Positions 8,026 to 10,446 of a stretch of 10,446 nucleotides of DNA are shown one piece after another. Positions within the stretch are counted from its first letter, which is position 1. The number at the start of each line of letters is the position of its first letter. The notes beneath the pieces were generated by a model. The model was given only the letters and a program-made list of their open reading frames with translations, had not been told where the DNA came from and did not search any database. Source of the DNA: Atribacterota bacterium (GTDB lineage Bacteria > Atribacterota > Phoenicimicrobiia > Phoenicimicrobiales > Stramentimicrobiaceae). Made by a program: the position numbers and the translations under genes. The stretch spans positions 1 through 10,446 of the forward strand of contig JAXGNR010000021.1 in NCBI GenBank assembly GCA_040767965.1. The letters run 5' to 3'.

Positions 8026-9384
8026 CTAAAATTCCATCGTCTCAATTGAAAATATATCTTCTAAACTGTCTATTTCGACCAAATGATGTATGTTAAATTC
8101 ATAGACTTCTCCAGTTGGTATATCTGAAGGGGCAAAAGGGAAAGCAAGGTTTCCTGCAGTACCTATTCTATTTTTATAAGAATAGTGCAGTAGTGTTGAT
8201 CTTGCAAAAGCACAAATAGTATTTGCTAATTCTTGGTTTTTTGCAGTAACTTCTATTATCAAACATAATTCGTGAGAGGTAATTTTTTTTTGAGGTTCTA
8301 AATCTGCCATCACACCATTTTTGCCATATATATGAAATATTAATCGGTAATCAAAATCTGCGATACTGGAAAAATATGATGTTGTTGAATTTCGCACATG
8401 CTCTTCACACTCAGTGATTCTTCTGATCATTATAGGGTCTCTTACTCCAGCAATACTAATGGTTCTATAGGCAACTTTACGAGCTCCTTCGAGTTTTATT
8501 TTTAAATTGCTATTCCCAACAAATCTTGAGCCAGATACCGAGACTGATCTATTTGAATATTGTTCAAATTTACAATTCGAAAGATCAACGATTCCCTCAG
8601 GACCAATAATTTGTAAAGGATTTGATTTTTCATATAGAGAATGTGCCGCTACAGAACTAATTGTACATTTTCTACTTTTATTAGTTGGTTCAACTATAAA
8701 ATCATTTTTTCTAATAACTCCGAACATACAGTCAGAAGTTGTTCCCGGGGTAGATGACAAAGCTCCACATTCAAGAATTTTACCCATATGCAAAGCAAGG
8801 CCAGGATCGCAACCTTTTTTAATTGGCAAGGCAGCAAACATTGCAGGGTCATTGGAGCGCCCAGCTATAATTAGATTGGCATCCATTTTTAATGCCTCTA
8901 TGAACGGTTGCACACCCATTACACCCACAATTCTTGTAGCATCTTCAATATCTTTTATTGATATATCGGGCACTGGTCCTAATGGTGCTATTTTTTCTTC
9001 AATTAACTTTTTTTTAAGATATTCTTTTTCAACTTCAGAATGAATTACTGCAGTTTTAAAATGTAAATTGTTTTCTTTTATAATTTCTTTGACTATTTCC
9101 ATAGTCCAATCAAGATGTTTGTCCGCTCCAGAGCCACCTGCGGAACCAATTATAACAGGAATCTTATTTTTAAATCCCGCTAACAACATTAATGAAAGAT
9201 CTTTTTTTGTAGCTTCTTTGCTGACAATGCCCACCCCAGCTCCCAGTTTGTGAGGCCCTGCATCTGTAGATCCTGCATCAGCAGCTATAACATGTGGCTC
9301 TTTTTTTAATCCTAACTGAAAAGACTTTTCTGGAAATCCATAGCCCACCATTCCGACTGGGGATAAAACTCCAATTCCGTTCAT
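8026..9384 (-). CDS. Acyclic terpene utilisation AtuA-family protein (DUF1446), function unknown
   Basis: SPVGMVGYGF, DAGSTDAGP..LG, GSAGGSG, IIAGRSNDPA, ALHMGKILECG, SVAAHSLYEK and TAGNLAFPFAP. It is 452 aa, has SD GAAAGGA, and is adjacent to DUF4387. Confidence 0.85.
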   Translation of the reverse strand: MNGIGVLSPVGMVGYGFPEKSFQLGLKKEPHVIAADAGSTDAGPHKLGAGVGIVSKEATKKDLSLMLLAGFKNKIPVIIGSAGGSGADKHLDWTMEIVKEIIKENNLHFKTAVIHSEVEKEYLKKKLIEEKIAPLGPVPDISIKDIEDATRIVGVMGVQPFIEALKMDANLIIAGRSNDPAMFAALPIKKGCDPGLALHMGKILECGALSSTPGTTSDCMFGVIRKNDFIVEPTNKSRKCTISSVAAHSLYEKSNPLQIIGPEGIVDLSNCKFEQYSNRSVSVSGSRFVGNSNLKIKLEGARKVAYRTISIAGVRDPIMIRRITECEEHVRNSTTSYFSSIADFDYRLIFHIYGKNGVMADLEPQKKITSHELCLIIEVTAKNQELANTICAFARSTLLHYSYKNRIGTAGNLAFPFAPSDIPTGEVYEFNIHHLVEIDSLEDIFSIETMEF

Positions 9385-9415
9385 ATTGATCCTTTCGGTT
9401 TTTAATTCAATTTAT

Positions 9416-9444
9416 ATTATAATAACAATATAATACATTGACTA
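9416..9444 (-). promoter_or_regulatory. Possible sigma70-type promoter for the atuA-like operon
   Basis: Minus strand reads TAGTCA (9444-9439), N17, TATAAT (9421-9416), about 30 nt upstream of ATG 9384. The -35 box matches 4/6 and the region is very AT-rich, so support is weak. Confidence 0.35.
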
Positions 9445-9492
9445 ATTCATGACTATTTTTAATTGTTTACTGCATTAAGTATAAAAATATTA

Positions 9493-10200
9493 TTAAATAA
9501 AATTAATAATTGCTTTTCTTATATTATTTAGATGAAATTGCATGGCTTCAACAGCTCTTTTGCTATTATGTTCTTTAATATATTTGCATATTTCCAAATG
9601 TTCCAAATATTGTTCCTGTTTTCGCCCAGGAATTTTCCAGGTTTTTTCACGAATATTTTCTAATAAATCAAATTCCATTTTTACAAGATTAACAAAAATA
9701 AAATTATGTGATGCTCTGGCAATAGATAAATGGAAATCTCTGTCTAAATTATTTTCTTCTAAAACAATATTTATACTATTCTCAAATTTACCTTTTTTAC
9801 TCTTGATTAAAACTTTTTGGATTTCATCAATATCGTCTTTGGAAGCTCTTTTTACAGCAAATTCAACTATTTTCAACTCAAACACTTCTCTTGCTTCCAA
9901 TAGTTCTAAAATAGATGTTTTCTCCAGCCTTAGAATTATATTGTCAGTATCTATAAATGACTCTTTATCTATCTCCCTAATAAATCTCCCACCACCTGGC
10001 TTGCTTTTTATCACTCCTCTTGCCTCTAAAACACGCAATCCTTCCCTTAAAGAACTCCTACTAATTCCCATAAATTCAACAAGGTCTCTTTCTGGAGGTA
10101 TTTTATCTCCTGGTTTTAAAGTATTATTTTTAATTAATTCGTAAATCTGATTAATTGCATATTCATATAGCTTGTAATGGATTATTTTATTTAATAGCAT
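9493..10200 (-). CDS. GntR family, FadR subfamily transcriptional regulator (wHTH + FCD domain)
   Basis: HTH region LKPGDKIPPERDLVEFMGISRSSLREGLRVLEARGVI..KPGGG, and FCD motifs ELLEAREVFE, DRDFHLSIARASHN, EHLEI and AMQFHL. ATG 10200 gives a typical 235-aa length. The TTG 10284 extension is probably non-coding. Confidence 0.93.
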   Translation of the reverse strand: MLLNKIIHYKLYEYAINQIYELIKNNTLKPGDKIPPERDLVEFMGISRSSLREGLRVLEARGVIKSKPGGGRFIREIDKESFIDTDNIILRLEKTSILELLEAREVFELKIVEFAVKRASKDDIDEIQKVLIKSKKGKFENSINIVLEENNLDRDFHLSIARASHNFIFVNLVKMEFDLLENIREKTWKIPGRKQEQYLEHLEICKYIKEHNSKRAVEAMQFHLNNIRKAIINFI

Positions 10201-10225
10201 TATATATTTTCTATATTTTATATTT

Positions 10226-10284
10226 ATTGGTTTGCCTAGCAGACCAATTTTAAGTATATTAGCAAATATTAATTTTAAAATCAA
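10226..10284 (-). promoter_or_regulatory. Putative promoter of the regulator gene with a palindromic operator at about +1
   Basis: Minus strand reads TTGATT (10284-10279), N17, TAATAT (10261-10256, preceded by TGn). It is followed 7 nt later by the inverted repeat ATTGGTTTGC-cta-GCAGACCAAT (10226-10248, 9/10 symmetric) with TGGT...ACCA cores. Confidence 0.5.
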
Positions 10285-10446
10285 ATAAAATTTTATTTAA
10301 AATTTTACCTTTATTACGAAACTTAATTAAAAAAGTCTAATGATTAAAACAAGTAATTGAAAAATAATTTCTTTTTTTACTATTTAGCTAATAATTAATA
10401 ATATTTACAACTAAAAATTAATCATATACTATTCTGTTTTTTTTTC

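Noticed and set aside
7462-10144. Plus-strand ORFs 7462-7707, 8507-9043 (178 aa), 9068-9253 and 9542-10144 (200 aa)
   Set aside because: They lie opposite the SBP/DUF4387, AtuA-like and FadR genes. Their Ser/Ile/Leu/Phe-rich composition is typical of antisense-frame artefacts.
10201-10284. 28-aa N-terminal extension of the FadR ORF from TTG 10284
   Set aside because: It is not part of the GntR domain and overlaps the likely promoter/operator. ATG 10200 gives the normal length.
10285-10446. AT-rich right end with a terminal T-run as a possible ncRNA or terminator
   Set aside because: No stable stem or recognisable RNA motif is visible, and the context is cut off by the window edge.

Overview
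AT-rich bacterial DNA holding one co-directional (minus-strand) catabolic gene cluster of 11 genes. In transcription order these are: a FadR/GntR regulator; an AtuA-like (DUF1446) protein with a small DUF4387 partner; a family-5 ABC substrate-binding protein split by a 1-bp frameshift; a long stem-loop; an NAD-dependent D-2-hydroxyacid dehydrogenase; Dpp/Opp-type permeases and ATPases (B, C, D, F); and an M20 amidohydrolase that runs off the left edge and is missing from the ORF track. I saw no RNA genes, CRISPR arrays or mobile elements. The most interesting aspect is the pairing of the uncharacterised DUF1446/DUF4387 enzyme with a peptide-type importer, a hydroxyacid dehydrogenase and an M20 hydrolase that has a remodelled dimerisation domain. 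Together they suggest an undescribed uptake and degradation pathway for an amide-linked or hydroxy-acid compound. All family calls come from motif recognition by eye, not from database searches.
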